64,000 nt of DNA. Source: Eledone cirrhosa (taxonomy: Eukaryota). The notes under the pieces are model-generated. The model was not told where the DNA came from, did no database searches, and was given only the letters and a program-made list of their open reading frames with translations. The stretch is taken from positions 64,852,001 to 64,916,000 of the forward strand of contig OZ024747.1 of assembly GCA_964016885.1 (NCBI GenBank), given 5' to 3'. The first letter of the stretch is position 1; every line of letters starts with the position of its first letter. Below, piece by piece: positions 43,994-58,889 of the stretch. Both the position numbers and the translations under genes were made by a program.

Positions 43994-44525
43994 TACATAC
44001 AGGTACACATACATATATGTACGTATCAGTTTAGCGGACGCTTAATATAGCGCCCGCTTTGTTCGTTTGTAAACAAACTGAACAGCCTGTACAAACTGTA
44101 CGTCTGTACACATATATGTATGTACGTATACATACATACTTACATTTAAGTAAGTGCCGTACTAAGAGTGAGAAATGAAATTTCGTTTTCATTTTATTAC
44201 AACTCGTCGTTTTCGGTGCGCCTGACCGATTTAACTCACTCGATATGCAAATTAGGCTGCTCAGCCGTTAATTTTCATAAGGAAAATATATACTTTCGAA
44301 CGTTCAACTATCAGGCAGATCGGTATACGGTGCTGATGATAGCTAACAAGCTTGAAACTAGTACATCGTTCCTGTGTCAGTGTTGAACAAAAAGGTGACG
44401 TGGTTGCCTTAACACCGTGCGGCATAAATTCAGGCTATTCAGTTTGTTTACAAACGAACAAAGCGGCGTTATAATAAGCGTCCGCTAAACTGATACGTGC
44501 ATATATGTATGTGTACCTGTATGTA

Positions 44526-44595
<70 letters not shown>

Positions 44596-44648
44596 TGCTA
44601 CTGTACGTCTGTACACATATATGTATGTACGTATACATACATACTTAC

Positions 44649-44652
<4 letters not shown>
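43845..44652. mobile_element. HHR-bearing ~505-bp unit plus an inverted permuted partial copy, nested in another HHR element
   Basis: Direct repeat at 44095-44150 and 44600-44652; 43845-44090 is inverted. Absent from the sister copy at 48750-49803. A second family copy lies at 56084-56660. Confidence 0.8.
44327..44369 (+). ncRNA. Minimal hammerhead motif, U-U at base of stem II
   Basis: acggtg CTGATGA t AGC taacaa GCT t GAAA ctag TA catcgt. Confidence 0.8.
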
Positions 44653-44683
<31 letters not shown>

Positions 44684-45149
44684 CACATAATCATACATAT
44701 AAACACACGTACATACACACACATACACACATATATACACGCATACATCGCATACACAAATATAGATATATGTACACACACCTACATACGCGCACACAAA
44801 ATTAATTATAAGAAAAAATATAATAATAAAAATACCGTCACATAAGAATAAAAAATAAATGTAAAATTATTATAAAGTTGACAGCGATACAGGCAACAAA
44901 TAAATGAACAAACACACGTGGTAAACAATACACACAATTGCACATACACATACATACATAAAAATAACTACATACACATACACACACACACATACATATA
45001 TATACATATACACATACATACACATATACATACACACATATATATATATATATACATACATATACACACACACATACATATAAATACATACACACATGTA
45101 TGTAAAACTCATTCTTAGATGTATTAATTAAACCTTGTTTAACTCTTAA

Positions 45150-45192
<43 letters not shown>

Positions 45193-45193
45193 C

Positions 45194-45294
<101 letters not shown>

Positions 45295-45403
45295 TATATA
45301 TAAGTATTGAAGTTTCCGTTGAAAATTGAAAAAGTCATAGGAGTGAAGAGTGCTCTATGTAAGTACCAGAGCAGAATTTAATGTATAATAAACAATACAA
45401 TAT

Positions 45404-45481
45404 AATTACCTCATTACCAGAGGTTTCCCGAATAAGACGAATACGAAAAACGTCCTCATTCGTTCGTCGGACAAGGCAATT
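45404..45481 (-). ncRNA. Hammerhead motif, U4C variant, 11-bp stem I
   Basis: Minus strand: aattgccttgt CCGACGA a CGAATGAGGACG..CGTCTTATTCG g GAAA cctctgg TA atgaggtaatt. Confidence 0.75.
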
Positions 45482-46562
45482 TAGTGAAATATAGTGAAAT
45501 ATTTGAAAAGTCTCCTCAAGAAATGCAAGAGTTTAACGGGCAAAAAATATATAAATAAAAGTAATGCAAGAGATATATAAAAAAAATAAGGAAATATAGT
45601 TAGGGTATGTGTATATGTATGTATATACACTCACAAATGTACATATGTGTGTATGTACAAATGCATGTGTATGGTGAAAATGTGTGCGTAAGTACATATA
45701 TGAGGGCAAGTATATTTGTGTATATGTGACCACAAATACGTATATAATATGAGTTGAAAAAGAAATTGTATGATAATATAATTAACACGCATCCAGATAC
45801 AGGTATTAAATACGCATACGAGTATGAAAGCACGCGTATAAACACACGAACACGCGCGGTCACTTATATGCGGGAGATAAAGAGGGAAGGGAGTGTAATA
45901 GTAAAAAGAAGTGTCATTCTCGATATATGTATAAAAATGAAACAATATATGAAAATGAAAAAATTTTTTAAATCAAAGAGAAAGTAATCAATTAACACTA
46001 GAGAAAAGAAAACAAACATAGGTACGCACCTACACACATACACATATATAAAAAAAAATATTTATACACACAAATACGTACAGACAAAAGCGCATGCATG
46101 CGTACATACATACACACGAGGCACATATACATATATATATCGCCACATGTATATCTAATCACACGTAGGTACGCGACTATATATATATCTACATATATAC
46201 ATACACACCCATACATACATATACATATACACACATATACATACACATACACATACATTCACCCGCATACACCCACACGTATAAATAAGTATGTAAAAAA
46301 CCTAGATATAAAAAAAACTAGATATAAAAAAACCTAGATATAAAAAAACACACATGCACACAAATATATATACGTACGCACGCACACATACGGAGGCGTT
46401 CGTATACATATACAGAACGTATAAACACATAAGCACACACACACATAGATACAGATTATAAGCCAGCCGTATGAATAAATGATTACAAATATAAAATCGG
46501 CTGCGAAACAACATAATATATCTGGAGTGGAAAACGCAAGTGACAAGTTTTATCAGGTAGAA

Positions 46563-46948
46563 AAAGAAAATGGGGAAGTAAAATGTGGAATGTGAAGATA
46601 TTAGGTAAGTGAATAAAAAAAAGTAGGGGGGGGGGGTTACTGGTGGATGTGAATTAAAAATAAAAATAAAATTAAAAATAAAGTTAAAAATGAAAGTAAA
46701 TCAGAAAGAGAAGTCTGTAAAGAGGATAATTTCAGATACTTATCCTCCATAAACTCTTATTCTTCACTTTCCTTAAATTATCCTCTTTACAGATTTCTCT
46801 TTCTGATTTACTTCCCATTTTTAACTTTATTTTTAATTTTATTTTTATTTTTAATTCACATCCACCAGTAACCCCTCCCCCCCTCTTACTTTTCGATTCA
46901 CTTACCTAATATCTTCACATTCCATATTTTACTTCCCCATTTTCTTTT
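46563..46948. repeat. Inverted repeat with ~170-bp arms and ~40-bp spacer
   Basis: aaagaaaatggggaagtaaaat..gaggataattt versus aaattatcctc..attttacttccccattttcttt, with few mismatches. Confidence 0.9.
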
Positions 46949-47186
46949 ACTCCCTGATATCTCATGTCACTGGTCACTATGCTCTCTACGTCTTACATCC
47001 ACTACGATTTTTTTACCTTCTGAACTCACTTTCTGGACTCTTATATTCTTTTACTCCCTTATCTCCCCTTATATTTAAACCTTTTCCTATGTATTTATTT
47101 TCCTTATTCCCCACTACTTTCTATCTTACCCTTTACATACCCACCTTTTTTATTTTTATTTTTAGATATATATTTCTGTGTGTTGC

Positions 47187-47473
<287 letters not shown>

Positions 47474-47480
47474 TATATAT

Positions 47481-47540
<60 letters not shown>

Positions 47541-47762
47541 GTATATGTATATATAATTATATATATCTGTATGTATATGTATGTGTGTGTGTGTTTTTTT
47601 ATATTTGTGTGTGTGTATTTTTATATAATTGTTTGTGTGTATATATATAATAGCCTCAGAAATGGCTTGAGCTCTGCCGTCGGGGTCATACTTTTTCCTA
47701 TATGTATATATATATATGTATATGTATGTATATGTATGTATATGTGTGTGTATTTGTATGGT

Positions 47763-47793
<31 letters not shown>

Positions 47794-48044
47794 GTATATG
47801 TATATATGTATGTATGCATAATTACATACAGTGATTTAATGCTTATTTTCATTGATCATTTGCTCCAGGAACTTGTTGAGTGCTCTAAATCAGCTATAAA
47901 CATTTATACCCTTTTCTAATTATTTATTTATTTATTATTTGTCGTATTCCCAACTATTTGTTTACCCCTTTCACCTTTTTATTTTTATATATATATAATA
48001 TTTATGTATTTTCTTATATATATATGTGTGTGTGTATATGTATG

Positions 48045-48091
<47 letters not shown>

Positions 48092-48749
48092 ATATATATA
48101 AAAAAACGTAAATTATCGAGATTCGCATTTCGGCCCACGAAATAACGAAAAACAACCTCCGAGATGTGCGGCAAGTGCTCAATGATGCAGATGAACCCGA
48201 ACTATAACAAACGTTAAAGGCCAAACACACTGAGACGATGGTTAAACAATCATTCCCTAGCCAAAAAAAAAAACGATCAAGTAATTCGGGTATTGAAAAT
48301 TTACCCGGACCCCTGGAAGGTTGGTAAAATCCAGTATATGGGTTTCTGCGGCTTCTAAATCAAGTACTGTCCGCCTACATAAATAATGTCAGGCTTCTGG
48401 TAAGATGATTAAACAAGGAAGCCACTTTCTCAACAGGTTTTAGTTCAATGTTAATACGAGGACTGACTATTGCTGACCTCACGTGGGGATCGGCAAGGGA
48501 GGCAACCCCTATATCAGGCGAATGAATTCAGTTGTGTATATTTTTGCAAGAATGCAAAAACATCACAAATCGAATAGAGTTCTCAACAGAAGGGTTAAAA
48601 TTAACATAAGCTATTCATCAGTCAATAGATTCAACTAAAAAATCAATAAAATTAACTGGTCAATAGCTAGAGTCTGGAGAGTAATACAAACATAAATTAT
48701 CGAGATTCGCATTTCGGCTCACGAAATAACGAAAAACCACCTCCTGTGT

Positions 48750-48876
48750 ATATATATATATTTAAGAGTTAAACAAGGTTCAATGAATACATCTAAGAAT
48801 GAGTTTTACACACATGCATGTGTGTGTATGTATTTATATGTATGTGTGTGTGTATATGTATGTATATATATGTGGG

Positions 48877-48966
<90 letters not shown>

Positions 48967-49353
48967 TGTGTGTGTGTATGTGTATGTATATGTGTATGTA
49001 TGTGTATATGTATATGTATGTGTGTGTGTGTGTATGTATTTATTTTTATGTATGTATGTATGTGTATGTGCAATTGTGTGTATTGCTTACCACGTGTGTT
49101 TGTTCATTCATTTGTTGCTTGTATCGCCGTCAACTTTATAATAATTTTTGCATTTATTTTTTAATCTTATGTGACGGTATTTTTATTATTATATTTTTTC
49201 TTATAATTAATTGTGTGTGCGTATGTAGGTGTGTGTACATATATCTATTTGTGTATGCGTATGTATGTGTGTATATATGTGTGTATGTATGTCTGTGTAT
49301 GTACGTGTGTATATATGTATGATTATGTGTATGTATATATATATAGATGTATA

Positions 49354-49405
<52 letters not shown>

Positions 49406-49513
49406 CATGTGTGTTTGTGTATTTGTGTGTATGTGTATGTATGGATATGTTGATATATATGTGTGTATGTATGTATACGTATGTGTATTTGTACGTGTAT
49501 GTATATGTATATT

Positions 49514-49552
<39 letters not shown>

Positions 49553-49803
49553 ATATGTATGTATGTATATGTGTATGTATATATATGTGTGTGTATGTAA
49601 TTGGGTGTGTTCATGTGTGTTTATTTTTCCTTTCCTTCTTCCTTTTCCAGCCTCACTTTCATATAGATTATGTTTTTGTTTTTAAAATCCAATGTCAATA
49701 AATACACCAGGAAGTTTTCATTCTGATGATTGAAAGCAAAATTTGTTTGATTTCAAGAAACCACTGGTAAATGAAATAATTGCCTTATGTTGTTTATTAC
49801 ATA
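48750..49803 (+). mobile_element. ~1-kb microsatellite-rich HHR element; inverted sister of 43420-43840 plus 44655-45160
   Basis: Unique blocks (ttaagagttaaacaagg, gtcaactttataat, ccagcctcactttcatatag, the HHR) match in reverse complement. Confidence 0.85.
49716..49776 (+). ncRNA. Type I hammerhead motif, intact core
   Basis: tttcatt CTGATGA TTGAAA..TTTCAA GAAA ccactgg TA aatgaaa. Confidence 0.8.
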
Positions 49804-49804
49804 A

Positions 49805-49908
<104 letters not shown>

Positions 49909-50081
49909 TTTAATCAGGAAATGGCTTCTACAGGACTAGAACTGGTTCATTCAAAAGACATTATGAGGAAGCCCTTTCTATATTAAACATCATGTTTACA
50001 CTCTACTAATGTATTGAGTAACTTATTAACACTGTGATTACCCCCGATTGAACGTAGGACTCATATATATACATATATATA

Positions 50082-50172
<91 letters not shown>

Positions 50173-50559
50173 CCAATAGTAAAAGAGAAAAAGACAGTAG
50201 AAAATGTTAAAGGGATTTTCTATCAGAATAGCATCAAAACATTTATTTACAGAATAGGAATTTTCGCATTAACTGGACCGGTTTCATACGCTTTTTCACA
50301 CACGGAAGTGTATAATGTAATTAAATTGCATATTAATAAGAATAATAAGAATATGGAGAAAAAATTAGTTTTTTACATACATAGGGAGAAAAATTCATAT
50401 ATTTGTCTAGTTTTCTTTCTCTCTTAGTGCTGACCTTAGCCTTACCAACAGTTGTGGTAGCAACACGGGAGAACCATATGTGTGTGTATGTCTATGTGTG
50501 TGTATGTGTGTTGTACGATATATTGATATATGTAATCATGTATATACATATGTATGTGC

Positions 50560-50688
<129 letters not shown>

Positions 50689-50899
50689 GGCATGTGGCTG
50701 AGGGGTTAGAGAATCGGATTCGCAATCGTGAGGTTGTGAGTTCGATTCCCTGACCGTGCGATGCGTTATGTCCTTGAGCAAGACACTTTATTTCACATTG
50801 CTCCTTCTACCTGGAGTTGCGACCGATAGATAGTATTAGCAATTGGAAAGACCAATGGAAACATTGTTTCCTCGGTCCGATTTGACGAAAGTCGATCGT
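50689..50899 (+). mobile_element. SINE family A copy
   Basis: Nearly identical to 6260-6470. Confidence 0.85.
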
Positions 50900-51643
50900 T
50901 AAATAAATTATATATATATATATATATACAATATGTGCGTACATATAGCAACAGACCAACTGATGTCACATGATAGAAACATTTGACACATATAAACGAT
51001 TTGAAGTCGGCAAAGTTAGACCAATACAGCGTTTGTTTTTCCTCTTCAAGCTTTGCCCCTGTTAAATAAATTAACGCAGCTTAGAACTATTATCTCACTT
51101 AAGAGACTTGGTAAATTTCCAAACTCTTCTTCTCTGATGGAAAGCTATATCAGGAATGATTAGGAAAAGGTAGTTATGCAATATATTACTGTTTACAATA
51201 GCGTAAACAAATTTTAATGATAAACATGATTTTCTATGGCTACGTATGTTTCTCGAGAATTCTATAAATTATGAGTTATATGGCATCTTAGAATCTTTAG
51301 AGGAATATTTGGCTGACCGGAATAGAATTGATTCTATTTACGTTTTCCCCAAGACATTGAATCAGCATGACTAACGTCCACTCTTAGCAGTATTATATAC
51401 CCGCGTCATGGCGGCGGATTGGAGAAATCGTTAGTCTCGAACAAAATGCTCTATTGCATTTTGTTATGGTCTTTTGCGATCTGAGTTCAAACTCCATCAA
51501 TGTCAGCTTTGTATTTCATCCTTCTGGTATTGATAAAATAAATTACTGTAAAGTACCTACACACTAAATATACGACATACATATATACTTGCGTAATAAA
51601 CATATACATACATATATATATATATACAGAGATGCACACATAT

Positions 51644-51679
<36 letters not shown>

Positions 51680-51680
51680 G

Positions 51681-51752
<72 letters not shown>

Positions 51753-51773
51753 GATACATGTATATATATATAT

Positions 51774-51923
<150 letters not shown>

Positions 51924-51942
51924 CTGGAGAGAGATAGAGAGA

Positions 51943-52338
51943 GAGAATAAGAAAATGCGAAGTAGTTTCAGATGTTAAAGTCCTTTATTGATAAAGCTGT
52001 GATACATATTTCAATGACCACAGTGGCCACGCGATTCCGAGTACCCAGTGTCATGATCTCATCAGACAGCTTCTTACATAATAAGGTTACGTTCTCGAGA
52101 CAATCCAAATTAAAACGACAAGGAAAAGGACAAAGATGATGTTCTTGAAACCTTCGCCCATTCCCTTGGCACAAACGAATTGCCTCAAGAACGTAACCTT
52201 ATTGTGTAAGAAGCTGTCTGATGAGATCATGACACTGGGTACTCGAAATCGCGTGGCCACTGTCATCATTTAAATATGTATCACAGCCTTATCAATAAAC
52301 GACTTTAACATCTGAAACTACTTCGCATTTTCTTATTC
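51943..52338. repeat. Inverted repeat with ~155-bp arms, containing a degenerate HHR-like core
   Basis: Arms at 51943-52099 and 52184-52338. CTGATGA..C GAAA tcgcg T at 52218-52254, but H17 is G and stem I is unconvincing. Confidence 0.85.
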
Positions 52339-52429
52339 TAAATATACTCCGTCATTCCTATGTGGAAAAGGTACGTTGAGTGCTTGAATTGAATTGCATC
52401 AATATTTACCGTAATTATATATATATATA

Positions 52430-52701
52430 TAGTAATAATAATAAATTTGAAGACTAAAATCCCAAAAGGGCTTGATAAGGATAAATATATATCAAATATA
52501 TAAGAACCGTAGAACAAATGTTTATTAAAATAACAGATTAAAGTTTAAGCAAAGGATCGCTGCTTTCACCCTTAACGGGATCTTCTGAAATTAACTGCTG
52601 AAACTAACTGCTGAAACTTCTGAAACTGGTTAGTTTCAGAAGATCCCGTTAAGAGTGAAAGCAGCGATTCTTTACTTAAACTTTAATCTGTTATTTTAAT
52701 A
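52430..52701. repeat. Fold-back copy of the cccgttaaggg family
   Basis: Arms 52522-52590 and 52634-52701 around short ctgaaact repeats. Confidence 0.85.
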
Positions 52702-52702
52702 G

Positions 52703-52821
<119 letters not shown>

Positions 52822-52901
52822 GTAAACAGAAGTAACAACACAATCGGTACAGTATATGGAAGGAACATATTAGGTTAACGCTTGAAATAGCAGGAAGAGG
52901 G

Positions 52902-52937
52902 TCTTACCGTTTTGGACGCTAGTCCTTCATCAGAAGA
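52902..52937 (-). ncRNA. Minimal hammerhead motif, G12A-mutated (family of 30219)
   Basis: Minus strand: tctt CTGATGA a GGAC tagc GTCC AAAA cgg TA aga. Confidence 0.6.
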
Positions 52938-53455
52938 AAGAATGAGAAATAAGATAGATTGAGCGGACGGGTGGGTTGGAATTGGAAAAAATAGATAAAA
53001 ATAACAGTATGCGCATACCGAGAACGGCCCTTTGTGGTCTGAGTTCAAACTTTGCCTTTCATCCTTTCGGGGTCGATCAAATAATGTACCAGTAATACAC
53101 TAGGATAATTGCTGGCCTTGTGCCTATACTAGAAATCAATATTATACCCATTCATTTTCAGAACTAATATTGTATTTTGATCCCATATTGTTCTTACACA
53201 TATATTCAATAAATAGTATTTGAAAAAGTATGAATATATTAAATATTTGGTTCATATAGTGAATATAATGTATTTTATATAATTCCCGAATTGACACTGT
53301 CAATTATTTTGCTGTTTGATTTCCATTTCATTTCTATATAAATATTTAAAATATATATTAAAAATGTTATTTTTGCAACATTATTCTTCTGTTTCCTGTA
53401 TTTTAAGATTCTGTAGATAGCAACACGTAGTCAGAGACCCTAAGACCAGCTTGCG

Positions 53456-53484
<29 letters not shown>

Positions 53485-53491
<7 letters not shown>

Positions 53492-53718
53492 TTATTCAAA
53501 TAACAGATTAAAGTTTAAGCAAAGAATCGCTGCCTTCACCCTTAACGGGATCATCTGAAGCGTTTCAGAAGATCCCGTTAAGGGTGAAAGCAGCGATTCT
53601 TTGCTTAAACTTTAATCTGTTAGTTTAATAAATATTTGTTCTACGGTTCTTATATATTTGATATATATTTATCCTTATCGAGCCCTCTTTGGATTTTAGT
53701 CTTCAAATGCTTTATTAT

Positions 53719-53722
<4 letters not shown>
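53485..53722. repeat. Fold-back copy of the cccgttaaggg family
   Basis: Palindrome centred at about 53562; the right arm continues to the family 3' tail. Confidence 0.85.
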
Positions 53723-53779
<57 letters not shown>

Positions 53780-54071
53780 CGATTAATTTGGCTATATATA
53801 TAGATATAGTCAAATCGTCGAAAATTGAGATGGTCTGAAAGATGATGGATGTATTCATATGTTTGTGATCTCCTATCATCCATTCTATTTCTTCCTTCCT
53901 ATCTATTCTTTGAGCCAAATCACTTCGAGCCGTTGATTTCTATGCTTCAATGTAATGTTTTACCCAACGCCATTTCGATGGCATTTTGCTATTTTAACAA
54001 ATTCCTTACGCTGAGGTTTTCCATTTTCCTACGAAATTATTCTGATACACTGGCGTTTTCGTCTATATTTC

Positions 54072-54133
<62 letters not shown>

Positions 54134-54295
54134 TGTATATATGCCAACATAAGAGCAACAATTACGAGGTCATTCTACTGACATTGTTTAAAGAGGCTGT
54201 TTGCACAATTGCAAACGAATCGAATATTATTATTAACATTCGAAAAACTGAGATTACATTTATTGTATTAAGACATGGAGAGCGATAAAACTATT

Positions 54296-54336
<41 letters not shown>

Positions 54337-54880
54337 GAAAATGTTTGACCCCGACGGCAGAGCTCAGCCCATCGAAACGAGGTCAAACAGAATTGGTAAT
54401 TCACTGTTTCTGAGTACTAGCTTTGATCAAACTCGAAAATATGTTAGGATATGTTGGACACATAAAGTTAGAACGTATTCAGAGAGTATTGTGAAATTCT
54501 ACATAACGTTTCTTCAAGTGAAAGTGCCACTAAGATATGAAGCATACCCGTTCTGATTCCAATCATGGTTTCTATCAGAACTCGTATTCTTCATGTAAAA
54601 GCAAATACTTCAGAGGTGCTATATCAAAAACTAAATTACAAAACGAATCTTTTCTCAGAAGCTATATCGATCTTAACTTACAATAACCTACCTCTAAAGA
54701 AACTAGAGGAAATGAGAAAATTCACAGATATGAAAATAAAACATACCCCAGATTGAGGAGAGTGTTATCACAAACTATTCCCATAATACAATCTGAGATG
54801 GGAATGACAGAACATATACAATGAAACTCATATAATGACGATCACATACCTTACTCATACACTAATAACAATAGCATGTG

Positions 54881-54974
<94 letters not shown>

Positions 54975-55072
54975 GTGGTGGAACACTGGAAGGTAATATC
55001 CATAGGGGTAGAGCACTCAGTCCAAGGGAAGAGTTAGGTAGAAGTGGTTACACAACAGTTAGTTCACCATAC

Positions 55073-55110
55073 CGAGAACAATTGTTTCACCTTAGCGGAT
55101 CCTCAGCTCG
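55073..55110 (-). ncRNA. Minimal hammerhead motif, U-U at base of stem II, inside inverted repeat 55039-55218
   Basis: Minus strand: cgag CTGAGGA t CC gctaa GG t GAAA caattg TT ctcg; stem I extends through ccat/atgg. Confidence 0.8.
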
Positions 55111-55259
55111 TAATGGGCATGATTATAGGAACAGGGAGGTCAACCGTACGGTGAAACAACCGCTAAGGTGAAACAATTGTTCTCGGTATGGTGAACTAAC
55201 TGTTGTGTAACCACTTCTATATATATATATATATATATTGGGCGAGGGGTATATGTATC

Positions 55260-55324
<65 letters not shown>

Positions 55325-55434
55325 TCCAGTTCCTCAGTGAAATAACAACACAACCAGGAATTGGGCATATCTGAGTATTGACAAAATTATACACCTCAAC
55401 AACATATGTACTTGTCTATACCACACTAATTCGG

Positions 55435-55489
55435 ACTGCCTGAAGAGGTCACAGCCAAAGATGGCTGTCACCGAAATATATATAGCAGT
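55435..55489 (+). ncRNA. Type I hammerhead motif, intact core, in the ~300-bp repeat 55321-55628
   Basis: actgc CTGAAGA GGTcACAGCCA aaga TGGCTGTcACC GAAA tatata TA gcagt. Confidence 0.85.
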
Positions 55490-55670
55490 AATAAACGAAG
55501 CTAAATTTTAAACATTTGACTTTTTATTTTACTTTATTTTACATTACTCCGGAGTAACCAAACCAACCTGCGCACTTCGTCGAGTGCTCCAGCCTGCATA
55601 CTGAGGTGTTGGTATACAACCAAATTTACTAAAAAAAAAATATATATATAGGGAGAGAGGTATATATATA

Positions 55671-55731
<61 letters not shown>

Positions 55732-55743
55732 GTGTAGGTGAGT

Positions 55744-55925
<182 letters not shown>

Positions 55926-56155
55926 AAACGCACTCACAAGCAATTGTCAGAGGACCCTACTTGACAGAGTAAGAACTGGAATGTGCAGTGAAAGAAGACG
56001 ATTCTTTTAAAATATCATAAATAAGAACGACCTCACCTCGTTAAAAGGTAAAAGTTATATTAGCTGAACCGAATATATATATATATAAGTATGTACACGT
56101 ACATACATATATGTATACAGACGTACAGTAGTATGTATATATATATACATACATG

Positions 56156-56228
<73 letters not shown>

Positions 56229-56344
56229 GTATGGATTCACCGAAAATTTATTATAATGCTCGGTGTGTTTGTAAACAAACATCCCGTATTAAGCCGTCGT
56301 GTCCAGCAACCAACGTTGCTCGTTTGTTCAACACTGACAAAAGA

Positions 56345-56387
56345 ACGCTTTACTAGTTTCAAGCTTATTAGCTATCGTCAGCAACGT
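56345..56387 (-). ncRNA. Minimal hammerhead motif (family of 44327)
   Basis: Minus strand: acgttg CTGACGA t AGC taataa GCT t GAAA ctag TA aagcgt. Confidence 0.7.
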
Positions 56388-56659
56388 ATACCTTCCTGCC
56401 AGATTGTTGAACGTATATACTTACCTTATGCATATTAACGGCTGAGTAACCCAATTTGCATATCGAGTGGGTTAATCGGCCGGGTGCACCGAAAACGAAA
56501 AACGGAAAAAATTAAACGAAATTTCATTTCCCACTCTTAGTACGGCTGTTACTTAAATATAAGTATGTATACGTACATACATATATGTATACAGACGTAC
56601 ATATGACGTGTATATATATATACGTACAGGCACACATATATATATATATATGTACGTAT

Positions 56660-56748
<89 letters not shown>

Positions 56749-56785
56749 ATAATATATATATATTTATATATGTATACAAAGTAAG

Positions 56786-56849
<64 letters not shown>

Positions 56850-58464
56850 GTATTGCTAGACTAAAAGACAATGTATGTTCGGTTCTGTTCCATTTCTTCC
56901 TTCCTTCCTCTTTCATCACCATAACTAGAATTCTTAAAGTAACGGAGACAACTTTGTGAAGAAAACAATTTTATCGAAATAAATATTCTGTGTATTGTGT
57001 ATGTCGATGTGTGTTTGCATATTTCACTGAGATTCACTATTCCTCTAAACTCTTCTTTCCCTGTCTGTGTCACTGTGTGAATATGTCTGTCTATGTGTGC
57101 TTGTATGTGTATGCATATGTATGTATCAATGCATGTGTTTGTGTGTATCTACAAACACACACGCTATATTTATATATATATATATACGTGTATGTCTGTG
57201 CATGTATTTATATTTTTGTGTCTGCCTGTCTCTCTGTGTTTGTGAATATTTTGTGTCCGTGTGTGTGTTCAAATATCTATTTATGTGTGTGCGTCGCAAT
57301 GTATGTGTTTGCATGTGTGTATATATATATGTGTGAGTTTGTGGCCATGTGTTTCCTTGTGTGTGTCTCCGTGTATGTATGTATGTGTGTCGGTGTGTGT
57401 CTGTAGAGGCATATATATTTTTTTGAGTGTCTGTATGCGTCTCTATGTGTCTCTATGTGTCTGTAAGTGACTGTGTGTATGCATGTGCGTATGATTTATC
57501 CTTCTTCACTTTCTCTGCCTCACAGTATTGTTATATTTCTCTATATTGATTATTTCAAAGGAGGTAAAGGAGAGGTGGGCGTGGTGCTGTAGAAGGCAAA
57601 CATTGTGCAACATCTTATGTATAATGCATCAGCAAGTCCAATACATATAGTCGATGTGGTGTTTGATAAGTTTCTTTTAGAAAGAGCATTATGTAAATTT
57701 TATTATCTTCCAACAGAAACAATAGTAAACATCTCTAACCACTAAGAATGTATATCTAAGTAGCAAATAAAAATTTATGAGCTTTAATATATACATACAA
57801 TTTTTAATATATTTTTTATTATTACTAAAACATGTAATATACAATAAGGATATATGACTTTATTTTTCATCTTTCTTTTATGCTATGATAGATTTTTGTC
57901 TAAATATGCTGTAGAAAATCCATATTATACATTTATATTGTTTTCTTAATATCCCATATTTTTCTAATTATCCACACTATTATTATATACGACAAGAACC
58001 GCAACAGTTTTCTGATAAGTAAATACTCTCTGATATCACATTTTTTCGATCTTCTTTCCAAGGAGATGTTTTCTTTTGATTTGTTATGTTGTCTTTCCTT
58101 TTCAAAACCTGCTCCCACCCCACCGTCATTCATAATTCCCCTGTTATTGTTCTATCGTGAGTGTATATTATGTGTGTGTGTGTATGTGAGTGTATATTAT
58201 GTGTGTGTGTGTATGTGAGTGTTTATTATGTGTGTGGTTGTGTGTGTGAGTGTGGGGCTGCATGTGTGGGTGGTCGTGTGTGTGTGAGTGTGGGGCTGTA
58301 TGTGTGGGTGGTCGTGTGTGAGTGTGGGGGTGTATGTGTGTGTGTGTGTGTGTGTGTATTTATTTGTGAAAGTTGTTTTATTCTATTGTTTACGTTGTAT
58401 CACGTTGAAACCGTTTTAAAAAAAAACACTAACATTTAAAAACAAAATAATCCTATATTGATAG

Positions 58465-58501
<37 letters not shown>

Positions 58502-58889
58502 ACAAACGTTTTTTTTTTATTTGGGTATTTTTAGTTTTTTTTTCCGTTTTGCTTCTTTTTTTTGTAAATTCGATTAAATGGACCCTTCTATTTTATTGGT
58601 TCAATATTGTATTGGCACCGAAAAGATTAAAAGTCGATCTCACCACGATTTGAACTCAGAATGTGTATCACTCGCTCGCCCACTCTGATCAATCAACAAG
58701 ATCCCAGACCTCATTCACTTAGCGAATGGGGTTGACATCGTCAAATCGGACCAAGGTAACAATGTTTCCAATGGTCTTTCCATTGCTGATACTATCTACC
58801 GGTCGTACCTCCTAACTAGATGCCTCAATGCACATGGCCCAACGCTCTAATGGTTCAGCCTATCCACTACCCTATTGATAATAAAAATC

